Positions 13,859 through 27,825 of a stretch of DNA of 64,000 bases are shown here, in pieces. A model generated the notes under the pieces. The model saw nothing but the letters and a program-made list of their open reading frames with translations, made no database searches and was not told the DNA's origin. The position numbers and the translations under genes were made by a program. Source of the DNA: Octopus sinensis (taxonomy: Eukaryota). Location of the stretch: assembly GCF_006345805.1 (NCBI RefSeq), contig NC_043006.1, positions 85,126,001-85,190,000 on the forward strand, in the 5' to 3' direction. Within the stretch, counting starts at the first letter, position 1. Each line of letters starts with the position of its first letter.

Positions 13859-14303
13859 TAGCGGGTAAAGGGAACAACTGTTGATTATTTCTCTTGATAT
13901 TCTAATAATAGTTGAAGACTTATTTAGAAATGTGGTAAATCTTGTATGCCATTCAATATAAACATGTACTTGTTTTACTGAAAGAGATAGAAAGGAGAAA
14001 AGAAAGAACCAGCATCGAAATAAAATAAATGTGAATGAATCGGTTCTTTGTTGTCTCTTTTAGCAGTATTATTGTTGTTAGTATTATTATTACTATTACT
14101 ACTACTACTACTACTGTTGCTGCTAGTACAACGGTGAGCTGACAGAAACAGAGCATTGGAAGAAATTTTTATAGAAATTCTTATAGTCTTTTACTTTCCC
14201 TCCTCTCTGTTACGAGGCACAAGCACTTCTGAGTTCAAATTCACCCAAGATAAACTTTGCCTTTCATCCTTTCGGAGGGGCCAACAAAATGAGTACCAGT
14301 CAA

Positions 14304-14594
14304 GCCTAGTGGTTAGAGCAGCGGACTCGCGGTCGAGGGATTGCAGATTCGAATCTCAGACCGGGCGATGTGTGTGTTTATGAGCGAAACACCTAAGCTC
14401 CACGCGGCTCCAGCAGAAGGTAATGGCGAGACTTCTGCTGACTCTTTCACCACAACTTTCTCTCACTCTTTCGTTCTGGATCTTGCACCTCACCTGCGAC
14501 GGACCGGCGTTCCGTCCAGGTGGGGAACCTATACGCCAAGAAACCGGGAAACTGGCCCTTATGAGCTAGGCATGGCTCGAGAAGGGACAAACAA
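14304..14594 (+). mobile_element. CpG-rich tRNA-derived SINE family E nested in a family B SINE
   Basis: GCCTAGTGGTTAGAGC A box, GATTCGAATCTC B box, CCTGCGACGGACCGGCGTTCCGTCCAGG central motif, ACAA tail. The host SINE resumes after a short CAAGC duplication. Confidence 0.7.
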
Positions 14595-14898
14595 GCACTA
14601 GAGTCAATGTAATTATTATTCCGACAAAGTCAACTTTGCCTTCCATCCTTTCAAAGTCAATGAAATAAATACCAGTTGAACACTGGGGTTTGTTATAATC
14701 GACTTAAGCACCACCACCCCCTTGTTCCCCCAAATTTCAGGCCTCGTACCTATTGTAGAAAGGATTATTATTATTCTGCTAAGATCAGCTTTGCCTTCCA
14801 TCTTTTTGGGGTCAATGAAATATCATTTGAGCACTGGAGTTGATGTAACTGGCTTACTCCCTCCTCAAAATTGCTGGCCTTGTGCCTAAAATTGAAAC

Positions 14899-14931
<33 letters not shown>

Positions 14932-15378
14932 AAACAAGTGGTGAGCTGGCAGAATCATTAGCACACTGGACAAAATGCTTGGCAGTATTTTGCCTGTCGC
15001 TACATTCTGAGTTCAAACTCTGCCAAAGTTAACTTTGCCTTTTATCCTTTTGGGGTCGATAAACTAAATACCAGTGAAACACTGGGGGGGGTCGATGTAA
15101 TTGACTAGTCCCTTCCCCCAAAGTTTCAGGTTTTGTGCCTTTGGTAGAAAGTGTTGTTTTTGTTATTATTATTATTACTCTTACTTGTTTCAGTCATTTG
15201 ACTGCAGCCATGCTGGAGCACTGCCTTTAGTCGAGCAAATCGACCACAGGACTTACTCTTTGTAAGCCTAGTACTTATTCTATTGGTCTCTTTTGCCGAA
15301 CCACTAAGTTATAGATACGTCAACACACTAGCATCAGTTGTCGAGCGATGTTGGGGGAACATACACAGACACACATAC

Positions 15379-15446
<68 letters not shown>

Positions 15447-16429
15447 CGTATATATAAAGTGGAGTTGTGGGGTACATATATATACATATATATACACACA
15501 CGATGTGGTTCTTTTAGTTTCCGTCTACCAAATCCACCCACAAAGCTTTGGTTGACACGAGGTTATAGTAGAAGACACTTGCTCAAGGTGCCATGCAGTG
15601 GGATTGAACCCAGAACCATGTGGTTGGTAAGCAAGCTACTTACCATACAGCCACTCCTGCAACAAACTGGACAAAATGTCAAGCAGAATTTCAACCATCT
15701 TTATGTTCTAAGTTCAAATTCCACTGAGGTTAACTTTGCCTTTCATCCTTTCGAGGTCGATAAATTAAGTACCAGTGGAATATTGGAGTTGATGTAATCG
15801 AATTAATCCCCAACCCCTAAATTTATTATTATTATTATAATTATTATTATTATTATGATTGCTGCCTCTACTATAAAAACAGGAAGTTGGCTGAATAACT
15901 AGAATATCAGAAGAAATGTTTCGCAGTCTTTCTTCAGGCTCTTTACATTCTGAGTTCAAATCTCACTAAGGTCAATTTTGTATGTCATCCTTTTGGGATC
16001 AGTAAAATAAAGTATCAGCCTAATTACTGGGGTCCTCACTGAATTAGGGGCTGTCTAAGGTGGGATGGTATCAGAAGGGTTAAACTGGTCAAATCAATAC
16101 CTAACAGCCCTAATAGTTAATACAATCACAATACGTTACATATGGTAGTCATATATAATTCATTAAATCACACATGATTTGTTGATTAAAAAAAAAATGG
16201 CAGTAGAAAAAGCAGCAGTCTTAGAGTTACTAGAAATAATAACCAAAACTAGTTTTAGAATGAATGTTGTCTTTATATAGAGGAGAAAAAAAAACTGAAG
16301 ACTAAGAAAGCAGTCTTTGTGTAAATTTAACAGTTGAACTCTAGTCTAAAATAATAATCCTCTTTTACTTTATAATTTATCACATTGCTGGTTTTGGTAT
16401 ACAAAATAATTTTCTTTTTTTTGTCTTAA

Positions 16430-17560
16430 CCCTTTTGATACTAACTCCCTTGAGACCACCCTTGGTTCTATGATATGAATTTCCTGTCTTCACATGATCT
16501 GAATTAAAACCTTTCATCAAATTTTTATGTTAATATGTTCCAAACACAAGCTTAAGCGTTTTGAGGCCATCCCTGCTTCTATGATAGAAACGCCCTATTT
16601 TAACCCTTTTGATATGAACCTACCTGAATCTGACCCTAGTTCTCAGAAGCAAACTTAACTCTTTCATTACAGCATTTATTTTGAGATGCTCTGTGTTTGT
16701 TTCAATTATTTAAAATATAACAAAGAATTTAGTAAAATAACTTAGTTACCATTAAGCTAGTGTTAGGAACGTAAAATTGTGACTTAGGTTTGGTGGAAGA
16801 TTTTAATTCAAAACTTATGTAAACAAGACATTTTACCACAGAGCCAGAGCCGGTTTTGGCCAGGTTAGTAACAAAAGGGTTAATAATGATTTTAAAGTGA
16901 TTTAAGTTAAAACATTTCATTAAAATTTTATATTGACAAAGTTATTTTTCTAAAATCTTTGTTATTTTCCAAATAATTGAAACAGATACGTAAATATTAA
17001 TGACTTGTAGGCACACAGTATTTTGTTATGCAACCATGATATACTACAAAGTATATGAAATGTTTTAACCCTTTCGTTACTGTATTTATTTTGAGATGCT
17101 CTGTATTTCTTTCAATTATGTTAAATATAACAAAGAATTTAGTAAAATAACTTAGTTATCGTTAAGCTAGTGTTAGGAACATAAATTGTGACTAAGGTTT
17201 GGTGGAAGATTTTAATTCAAATCTTATGAAAACAAGACATTTTACCACAGAGCCAGTTTCAGCTGGGTTGGTAACGAAAGAGTTAATAAGTCAATACCAT
17301 TGTGTTAGCAGTGCACTAAAACCAGGTGTTAAGGTCATTTCTATGGAAAATCTGTAGAGATAACCTTAACAACTGAAACAGAGACAGTATATTCAACAAA
17401 AATTTGGTAGCAAAAGGGTTAAAGTGATCTAAATCAAAACTTTCAATCAAATTTCCATGTTAATTTATGTCTCAAACAGCAGATGACAAAATTATTTTAT
17501 TAAATTAGTCATTATTTTCTTAATTAAATGAAACAGAAGTTGTGTATTTCAACAGTAATC
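16430..17560 (+). mobile_element. Nested cluster of piggyBac-type MITEs (young copies 16659-16879 and 17069-17282 among older-family copies)
   Basis: Multiple TTAA|CCCTTT starts (16430, 16604, 17069) and AAAGGG|TTAA ends (16879, 17418). Confidence 0.8.
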
Positions 17561-18721
17561 ATCATCATCATATATCTGTTTTCTATGCTAGCACAGGTTG
17601 GACAGTTCGACCGGTGTCTGGTAAGCCATGGAGGCTACACCAAGCTCCAGTCTTGATTTGGCAGTGTTTCTACAGCTGGATGCCCTTCCTAACACCAACC
17701 ACTCCAAGAGTGTAGTGGGTGCTTTTTATGTGCCACCGGCACAGGGGCCAGAGGAGGCTGGTGTTAACCAAAGGGTTAAACCCAACTTTCATTACATTTC
17801 ATTTTATTTCCCATCATTGTTCTCATTTTTATGTCTGCTTCTTACCATTCTGTCATGAAGTGGATGAGACTTCTAGGGGTAATATCCTATGGCTGAATTC
17901 TCAGCTTGATGCTGACCTTTACTTGCTTTCAAGAAGCTTAATTTACTATTTCATTCCATTTATTATTCCTTTGTTTACTGAACCACCAAACTATGAGATA
18001 TACACACATGCATACACATAGTCCCCAGGCACACATATTTTCATATATGTACACATGGGTAGAAAGGTGCATGCATGACTGAATGGTTCAACAAGATCCA
18101 ATAAGCTGAAGAGTTGCATCAAGTTCCAATGCTTTGACATGGTTTCCATGGCTGGGTGCTCTTCCTAATGCCAACCACTTTACAGAGTGTACTGAGCGCT
18201 TTTTCCATAGCCCTAGCACTAGTGAGGTCAAGCCACCCTTCCCCAGCCCTTGAAGTTGGGTAGCAGTAGAGAGGGGAGTAGTTTTATATGCCAAGTCTTG
18301 TGGGACAGGAATGGGTGTTGTACTGTAAAAGATATATCTAACTACTCTGTATTACACACACATACACAATCAAACTTTATGCCCAGAGTGCTTTACATTG
18401 GAATTGAACCCAAGACCATGTGATAGTAAAACTAACTCCTTAACCATCCAGTCAATTGGCATCCAGATTCATGTTGACTCAAATTGATTATCATGGAAGC
18501 TCTTTCTTTAAACTTTTAGTGTTCAGATTAATCTGTTAAATGTAATATTTTTTTCGCTCAAATTGTTTTGAATTAATCCTACATTATCTTACAGCTTTGA
18601 AGTTTCAATGGTGTGATAGTTTATTCTTAGAATGTCAATGCAGGTTAGGCGTGAAGGGCTAGATATGGCCAGTTTGAATGTAAAACATGTAGAATATTTG
18701 GGATGGATATGGCCAGCTTAA

Positions 18722-18941
18722 CCCTTTCGTTACCAACCTGGCTGAAACTGGCTCTGGCTCTGAGTACAAATGTCTTGTTTAAATAAGTTTTGAATTAAAA
18801 TCTTCCACCAAACCTTAGTCACAATTTATGTTCCTAACACTAGCTGAATGATAACTAAGTGATTTTACTAAATTCTTTGTTATATTTAAATTAATTGAAA
18901 GAAATGCAGAGCATCTCAAAATAAATACAGTAACGAAAAGG
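18722..18941 (-). mobile_element. piggyBac-type MITE (young family, reverse orientation)
   Basis: TTAA|CCCTTTCGTTAC ... GTAACGAAAAGG|TTAA; reverse complement of the 10026 family. Confidence 0.85.
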
Positions 18942-20616
18942 TTAACGAACTATGCCAGAATCTTTACAGTATTCATTTAAATAATGAGTCATTTAAAAGT
19001 TCTACAGGGTAGAAATAACCTTCCGACAAATTTGAATTCACAATGTACTTATAGTTCTCTCGTTCAAATCTATTTTCTCTGTGCTAAATGAGCTGGTTGA
19101 GTGGGTACATAGATAGGATAGCCATATGTAATATACATTATGGTGCTTGCTCCGATTATTTGTTGGGAAACGAAAGAAGAGCAAAAGTAAATTCTGTGCC
19201 TAATCATGAATATTTAAGATAATCACAGTTCTTAAATCTAGAGAAGGATGAACATAATAAACATCTTCAAATCTTGCACACCTTTTCAGATCTCGGTTCA
19301 TTTTTACCTTGTCACAGGGTGTGTGTGTATGGTGGTGGAGGTAAAGGTCCTTCTCTGAGAGTTTATAATATGATAGTCTTGTTTGGATTTTTTTTTTTTT
19401 ACTTCATTTCTTTTTTAACTTATTCTGCAGACACATTACACAGGCCATTTCTAGTGGTGCTTGTAATGAGATTTAAGTCAGCCACTTTAAGATCTGTGAT
19501 GTGTGTGTGTGTGTGTGTGTGCACATACACACATAGGTTTGTATGCATGTGTGGATATATATGTATGTGTTAGTGTGTGCACATGCATGTATGTGTGTCA
19601 GTGTATTGTGTGAAAGTTCAGGAAGAAAACTAACATTTTCAAGTACAGAGATATTTGCTCATTACTCTCTCTCCCCACCCCTACAACCTCAATCTCACCC
19701 GTGGGAATTCTTTAATCTTAACCCCATTCTAATATGCAAGTAGAATTTTTTTAATTTTATATCACACACACATGCACGGGGGGGGGGGGGGCTCTAAGAA
19801 ATTTCTGACTAGGTCAAGGTTAAATTTTTAATTCTCCTTTGGACCTCTTGGTATTCCTTCTTATGCCTTTATTTATTGAAACAAATCTCTCTGAAACTTT
19901 ACAAAAGAAAAAACAAATATATAAATTAAATTAAATAAAAGGCCTTGTGAAAAAAATATCATTTAAATGAAAAAAAATAAATAAAAGGAAACTAGAATTA
20001 AAATAAACGTGTGTGTGTGTGTGTGATAGTTTTGTTTATTATACACCAAAATAGCAACTTATCTGCTATATACATAGTATCCTTTGGTGTAAACTAAACC
20101 AAAGTATTCATACTAAAAACAACAAAGGATTAGTCTTCTCATTAACCACAAGAATTTATAGAACTGATTCTTGTCTCCGATGTCTCTAACATTGTCATCA
20201 TCATCATCATCATCTTTATCAACGTCATTTGTTTTAGTGTCCCCTTTTCGATGCTTGTATAGGTTGGTTGAAATTTGTTGATGCTCTTCCTGTCGATGGC
20301 CCTCACTATGCTTCCTAGCTAGGTAATACTTCCTCTGAGGTTATATTTCATGGTTCCCACAGAATATTGGAAATGAATGACACTGCTTGTATGACAGTGA
20401 CACTCATTTACAACTATCATGCAATGTGAAGACAAGAAGACGCATGTACACACACACATGATAGACCTCTTTTAGGTTCCATTTCTACGAGATACACTCA
20501 CAAGGCTTTAGTCTGCTGCTGTTGAAGCCCAAGGTACCAAGTGGCAGGACTGAACCTGCAAACGTGATTGGGGAGCAAACTTTTGAACCACACAGCACAC
20601 CTGCACCTCTATATTC

Positions 20617-20654
<38 letters not shown>

Positions 20655-20661
<7 letters not shown>

Positions 20662-20855
20662 CGGAGATGTACTTGCATAGCAAGTGACCTGATCTGGGAT
20701 CGTGTGCTGGAACGAAAACAATTGCAGCGTGGAAGGCATTTATGAGTTATTTAAGAAACACACAAAATCCGTTAGATTCACTTCATTTAAATTTAATTTG
20801 TCAAAATATTTTCGTCGCTTTGAGACTGCGACCTGTTCACTGACAAAATTCCATG

Positions 20856-20860
<5 letters not shown>
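20655..20860 (-). mobile_element. Short Penelope-like insert between two (TA)n tracts
   Basis: ~205-bp unique-looking segment flanked by (TA)n on both sides and carrying the hammerhead-like fold. Class assignment is inferred. Confidence 0.45.
20797..20847 (-). ncRNA. Minimal type I hammerhead ribozyme-like motif (G3:C8 variant) in a Penelope-like insert
   Basis: Minus strand reads TTTGTCA-GTGAACA-G-GTCGC(agtctcaaa)GCGAC-GAA-AATATT-T-TGACAAA: 7-bp stem I, 5-bp stem II, palindromic stem III. Confidence 0.55.
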
Positions 20861-20912
<52 letters not shown>

Positions 20913-23900
20913 GGCACAGGCATGGCTGTGTGGTAAGAAGTTTGCTTCCCAGCCACATGGTTTCAGGTTCAGTCTCACTGCATGCCACCTTGGGCAAATG
21001 TCTTCTACTATAGCCTTGGACTAACCAAAGCCTTGTTAGTGGATTTGGTGGGCAGAAACTGAAGGAAGCCCATCCTGTGTGTGTGTTTACATACCCATAA
21101 CTTTGCAGTTCAGCAAAAGAGACTGATAGAATAAACACTAGGCATAAAAAGAAAATAAGTACTGAAGTTAATTAGTCTAACTAAAATTCCTCAAGGCAGT
21201 GCTCCAGCATGACCACAGACTAATGACTGAAAGAAGCATGGCTGTGTGGTAAGAAGCTTGCTTCCCAACCACATGGTTCCATGTTCAGTTCCACTCTGTG
21301 GCACTTGCAAGTGTCTTCTACTATAGCTTCAGGCCGACCAAAGCTTTGCGAGTAGATTTGGTTGATGAAAACTGAAAGAAGCCCACCTCTGTGTGTGTGT
21401 GTGTCTGTCTGTCTATCTGTCCCCCAACCAAACACCACCTGACAACCAGTGTTGGTGTGTTTATGTCCCTATAACTTAGCAGTTCAGCAAAAATGATTGA
21501 TAGAATAAGTACTAGGCCTAAGAATTAAGTCCTGAGATCAATTTGTTCAGCTAAAACCCTTGAAGGCGATGCTCCAGCATGGCTGCAGTTTAATGACTGA
21601 AACAAGTAAACGAAGAAAAGAAAATATATATGGTAGGAAACTTTTGCGAAGGCGCTACCCAGTCGGATCAAACTTCTTATTAAACCACACAACTGTACTT
21701 TGCAGCGCTCATGTATAAACATTGAAGTTTTGACACCACCGTTCTGCGGAGATTAAACTTCAGTTGTGTCTAAAACGTTATCTCAGAAGCATGTTATTTT
21801 TTACTCCCTCTCTGCTCTTTCACTAAGATAAAATAGATATTTTCAAAATAGTCCATCACACACACACACAGAGAAATTCACTGCCATCATTATCATAATT
21901 GTCGTCATAGAAATTGGAGACTGACAGTTGCAGCATTAGGTTTTGATACACCCAAAGACTTCCAATGCATCCTTTATGTTACAGCTACTGAGACACCGGT
22001 TTATACCAGGAAGTGTTGATCTAAGACTGGTATAAGCTAGCTAGCTCAATATTTAAGTTTGTACCAGCCTGACACAAGGCAACATTGTCCGCGGCAGGAA
22101 ATTGGATGGGAGGTTTTTTTTTATGCTTTGTTTTTATTTTTATCTGACTGAACTACATTTTAATACTGATATGGCTGAAGATATAATCTTGAAGTTCCTG
22201 TACAAACAATCTTGGCTTTCTCAATGTTGTTTCTTGGAAGAGAGAGACGAAGGGAAAAGAGAGAGATAGTTCAAAGCTGTGAGTTTTAGTTGAATATCAA
22301 GAAGTCAGGCTTGATTTGAAGTCTGTCAGTGAATGTAGCAGTTTAGCAGAATGGGATAAGAAAACTAAATCTTTTGTAAATAATAAATATAGTGGAGACA
22401 ATAGTGAATAGTCATTTCTAGAAAGATGATCAGTAGATCCAATATAGAGAAATGGAGAGGTTGGCTGTCGTCATTATCATCATCATCAAATATTTTTTTC
22501 CTCGCTGACATGGGTTGGATGGTTCAACTTGAACAGATGAGCCAGAGGGGTGTGCTAAGTTCCAATGTCTGCTTTGGCATAACTTCTACTGCTGGATGCT
22601 ATTCCTAATGTCAACCACTTCATAGAATACACTGGGTGCTATTTTCGTGGTGCCACCACCATGTCCAGTAAGTTCACTGTCATCAATTTACCATTTTTGT
22701 TGCTTTTTTTTTTTTTTTCAAAAAAATAGTTTTTAACTATTAATGGTGAGATACTATGGATATATTTTCTCAGTAAACTTTCTTCACAGTGAATTGATGG
22801 CAGTGAACTTACCTGTAATGCACAAGCACTGGTCAGGTCACCAAGTACTTGCCAGACAAAACACCCCTCCCACCTGCTACTGCATTAATGTGAAAGTGGT
22901 TGAGTATACTGCTGATCTGCTTTACTCTTAAAGCAATTCTCAGACCAAACCAGCATGACAGTGTATGACAAGGCCTGTACCTTTTGAATGGTAAGCACAA
23001 TCCACCTGAGACTTAAGTAAATATTATTTGCCCAAGGTGCCACACAGAAGTATTGAACCCAGTATCTCAGTGGTTGCAAAGCAACCATCTTAACCATTCA
23101 GCTATGCTCTGCCTACACATTACTAATCTAGTCTATGGAACACAAATTTACAAGCAATTTGGATGGAAAGTTTTAATTAGATCATTTTATAGCATAAACT
23201 TATTTTAGACAACCAGGGATGGTCTCAGGTAAGTTGTAGCAAAAAAGATTAAAGGCAAAAAAAGAAAGTATTATCACTCTGTCAATATAGCAGCCAAATA
23301 TCCCTCAAAATAGAGCCTGCAGGTTCTTTTAAAATTGAACAGCATGTTCCAAATAGAAATTAGTTTCCTACAACTAAGAATGCAATCTTATATTTCAGTG
23401 TAAACAACTTCTCTCTCACTCACTCACTCACTCACACAAGCATGGCTGTATGTTTCCCAATCACATAGTTTTGGGTTCAGTCCCAATATGTGGCACCTTT
23501 GGTGGGTGCCTTCTACTATAGCCCCAGACCAACCAAAGCCTTGTAAGTGGATTTGATTGAAAGAAGACTGTTATATATGTTATATATATAAATCAGACTG
23601 GAACCTGGTGCAGCTCTCCGGCTTACCAGTTCCAGTCAAACCATCTAACCCATGGAAAGTGGATGTTAAATGATGAGGTTGGTGTATATATATATATATA
23701 TATATATAGCCCCCATGCCGGTGACACGTAAAAGCACCCACTACACTCTCGGAGTGGTTGGCGTTAGGAAGGGCATCCAGCTGTAGAAGCTCTGCCAGAT
23801 CAGATTGGAGCCTAGTGTAGCCATCTGGTTTGCCAGCCCTCAGTCAAAATCATCCAACCCATGCTAGCATGGAAAGCGGGCTTTAGATGATGATGATGAT

Positions 23901-26359
23901 ATATATATACAATTTGTAAACAAACCCAAAGGCTGTAAATCATGGAGAAGAGCAACACATATAGGTCTTTTTTAATAATAACTATAATTATATATTATTT
24001 ACAATAATATATGCTCCATTTAAAGCAACTAGACCTAGACAATCAACAATTCACTCAATTGTTTGGGTTTAGTCTATAATTTACAGCCTTTGGGTTTGTT
24101 TATAAATATATATTCTAGATTAAAATTATCTATTCATTAAAATTGGCTGAAATTGATGGGTGGTCTATGTGGGTGAATTGGGTGTGTATGGAGCCATGTA
24201 AGCATTGATGCATGTTCAGTTCCCAGTGGTTCAGCCCATCTTTTTTCAGTCAATTGTTTAGGTTTAATTGCTTATTATTGTAAATAATGTATAATTATAG
24301 TTATGATATATATATACATATGGCACATGAAAAATATTTGAGCGAGGTCGTTGCCAGTGCCACTGGACTGGCTCCTGTGCAGGTGGCACGTAAAAAACAC
24401 CACTTGAGCATGGCCATTGACTGGCCCTCGTGCCTGTGGCATGTAAAAGCACCCACTACACTCTCGGAGTGATTGGTGTTAGAAAGGACATCCAGCTGTA
24501 GAAACTCTGCCAGATCAGACTGGAGCCTGGTGCAGCCATCTGGTTCGCCAGTCTTCAGTCAAATCGTCCAACCCATGCTAGCATGGAAAGCGGATGTTAA
24601 ATGATGATGATGATGATATATAATATGTATGTATATGTTAACGACCTAATTTGATGAAGTGTGCTGTGGTATTTTATTGCCTTTTCATAGAAGAAATCAA
24701 GTAGACATATCTCCCTGGAGAATCAATCAATTAACATTGGTGAACATGTAAATGTACAGAATTAGTAATTAATCATGAATGTAAATTCTTGGAATTTCTG
24801 ACCTCCAAATTTGAAGAAAGGTCATCAGTAAATATGCCGTATTATTCAATTAGTAGAATGAACCTCATTGTGTAATTATTATTGTTAATATGAAGAAATT
24901 TGAATAAAATGTTGAAAACATGGATTGTAACCGCTGAGGCTTGGTAGAGCAATGGTCATCTCTTGGAATTGGCAGTGTCAGGAATGCAGCATTCCCTGCA
25001 CTTTTGATATCTACTCCTCACTCTGTAGGGCATGACTAATGAGTAATTAAGAAACATACTTTGCAGCCATGAGATTCCAGATTCAATTCTATATATGGTA
25101 TGGCAACTTGGGCAAGTCTTAGATTATGAATGAAATTTAGTTGATGGAAACAGTGTGGAAGATCATGGTAGGGTGGGGTTGTTGGTGAGAAAAGTACTGA
25201 TAAATTGGTGGATTAAACAAAAATATCCTGAACTATTTTCTCCTTGAGTATAGCTCACAAGAGTGTTTAGTTCCATTTTTTGCAGACACGCCCCACCAGT
25301 AATGGAGGTGCATGGTTTAGTGGTTAAGGCGGCGAGCTGGCAGAACCGTTAGCACGCCGGGCGAAATGCGTAGCCGTATTTCATCTGCCATTACGTTCTG
25401 AGTTCAAATTCCACTTTACCTTTTAATCCTTTCGGGGGTCGATATAATCGACTTAATCCGTTTGTCCTTTCGTTTCCAGTGTTCCATGAAAACAAATCTG
25501 ACCAAGGGGAAACAAGTGAGGGTTGGCAACTGGAAGGATATCCAACCATAGAAAATCTGCCTGAAACAATTCTCATCTGACCCATGCAAGCATGAAAAAG
25601 TGGAAGTTAAAGTGATGACCCTTCATCTCCTGGGTTATGCAGGAGATGAAGTGTTGGGTCCTACTTGTAGCCTTTGACTTTTTCCCCCTGTCCAAGAGGG
25701 GTTTTAAACTTTAATATATTAAATTCTATTATTTATTGCCAAATCCACTCTAAGACTCGCTATTAAAATGATTTATTTCATAATGAAACTAGTTCATGTT
25801 ACACTTGCAACGTGCTTAAATATGAAAGGAAAACCAAAACCATAATTGAAACCGTTATCATAATAAAACAATATTATAGAGACCCATAAATTTATGCATG
25901 AAAACAGAAATAAGATCATTAATAATGGGTCTCACTAGTTATTAATTAATTAGTTATGTAATAAAGAAATGTTGGAAATATTTTCAGAATATTCTGAAAT
26001 TATGCATGTGTATACACATTTACAGAGGAACATAAACATTTATGATTGCATACACACATGCATATAGGCAGGAATGTTGAAAATATATTGTTGCTTTGTG
26101 TTGTACAATAGAACTAAATTAAAATTCATTTGAATATATCTGAGCTCTATTATTTTTACTGTCTATTTTACACTAGAATTAAAACTGTTTAAATGGTATT
26201 TATTACAAAGCATTATTGCCATAATCATCATTGTTATTGCCATTGCAAATATGAAAGCATGGAATTTTGTTTTTTCCATTTTTTTCTGCAAATTTTCTGC
26301 TAATAAAAAGGAATGTATGAGATTGTGCATGCACATCCATTAATGCATGCATCTGTGTG

Positions 26360-26400
<41 letters not shown>

Positions 26401-26401
26401 A

Positions 26402-26495
26402 CTTTATTTAAAAGCAGCAGAAATATAACAAAAGCTGTTACTCAGAGTTTCACGTATAACAGCTTTTGTTATATTTCTGGTGCTTTTAAATAAAG
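26402..26495. repeat. 39-bp inverted repeat (fold-back) with 16-nt loop, within a (TA)n-flanked insert
   Basis: Left arm 26402-26440 and right arm 26457-26495 are reverse complements with 1 mismatch. Confidence 0.9.
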
Positions 26496-27248
26496 CATAT
26501 TACTCTACCTCTGGTATTTGAGTACTCTTTTTTCCACCTTGTTTCACATTTATGTGCTTACTCCGGCATATATATATATATAGCTGAAGGACTAAAATTA
26601 ATCAAAGGACATACTAAGTATGTTTACCTGCTGGAAATAACAGTCAAAACTCTTATTTAAATTGCTAAAATACACTGGTAATAACTACAGAAATCAACTG
26701 CCTGAAGGCAAACAAGCTAAGACAATCTTTCAGCAAACATTCAAGTCTTTGGACTTCTGTGGACTGGTTTCTGGACTGGCATGATGCCCTAACCTTCTTC
26801 AGCACACGTTACCATGACAGAGAGCCCCAACCCATCATGTCGAAGTCTGTGCTGCAACTGGTTCACTTTGCGCTGAAATCATGGCAGCCACCAATGTGAA
26901 AATAATTTCAATACAGAGCAAAGAATTCACGAGAATAATTTCCTGAATTATTTTCTCGTGAATTACTTGCTCCACATTGAAATTTTATTTATACACACAC
27001 ACGTGTGCTGTGTGGTAAGTAGTTTGCTTCCCAACCACACGGTTCCGGGTTCAGTTCCATTGTGTGTGCATAGCTTATCTGCAAGGCTCAAACATGGTTC
27101 AATGGCTAAGGGATTCATTTCCCAGCCATGTGGTTCCGTCCCACTACATGGAATTTTAGGCAAGGGCTTTCTACAATAGCCCTTGTTTGACCTAAGCCTT
27201 GCAAGTGAATTTGATGAATGGTAACTGTAACAAGCTACATATATATAT

Positions 27249-27825
27249 ATATATATATTTATTTATTTATTTATTTATATAAAAATCATCATTTAATGTC
27301 CATTGTCCATGCTGGCATGGGTTAGACAGTTTACCACCCAGAGCAGGGGAGCTGCACCAGACTCCAGTCTGATTTGGCATGGTTTCTATGGCTGCATGCC
27401 CTTCTTAACACCAACCAGCAAGCACCAGGCGTCTCGGTCCTTTGTCGTTTCACCTGAAAGGGTCAGCGTCCTGAGTTCATTCTTCAGTACTTCATCCCAT
27501 GTCTTCCTGAGTCTCCCACTTCCACATGTTCATATATATATATATATTATATATATATTTATTTATTTATTTATTTATATAAAAATCATCATTTAATGTC
27601 CATTGTCCATGCTGGCATGGGTTAGACAGTTTACCCAGAGCAGGGGAGCTGCACCAGACTCCAGTCTGATTTGGCATGGTTTCTATGGCTGCATGCCCTT
27701 CTTAACACCAACCAGCAGGCACCAGGCGTCTCGGTCCTTTGTCGTTTCACCTGAAAGGGTCAGCGTCCTGAGTTCATTCTTCAGTACTTCATCCCATGTC
27801 TTCCTGAGTCTCCCACTTCCACATG

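Noticed and set aside
19778-19791. G14 homopolymer
   Set aside because: Isolated mononucleotide run with no supporting context; length is unreliable in assemblies.
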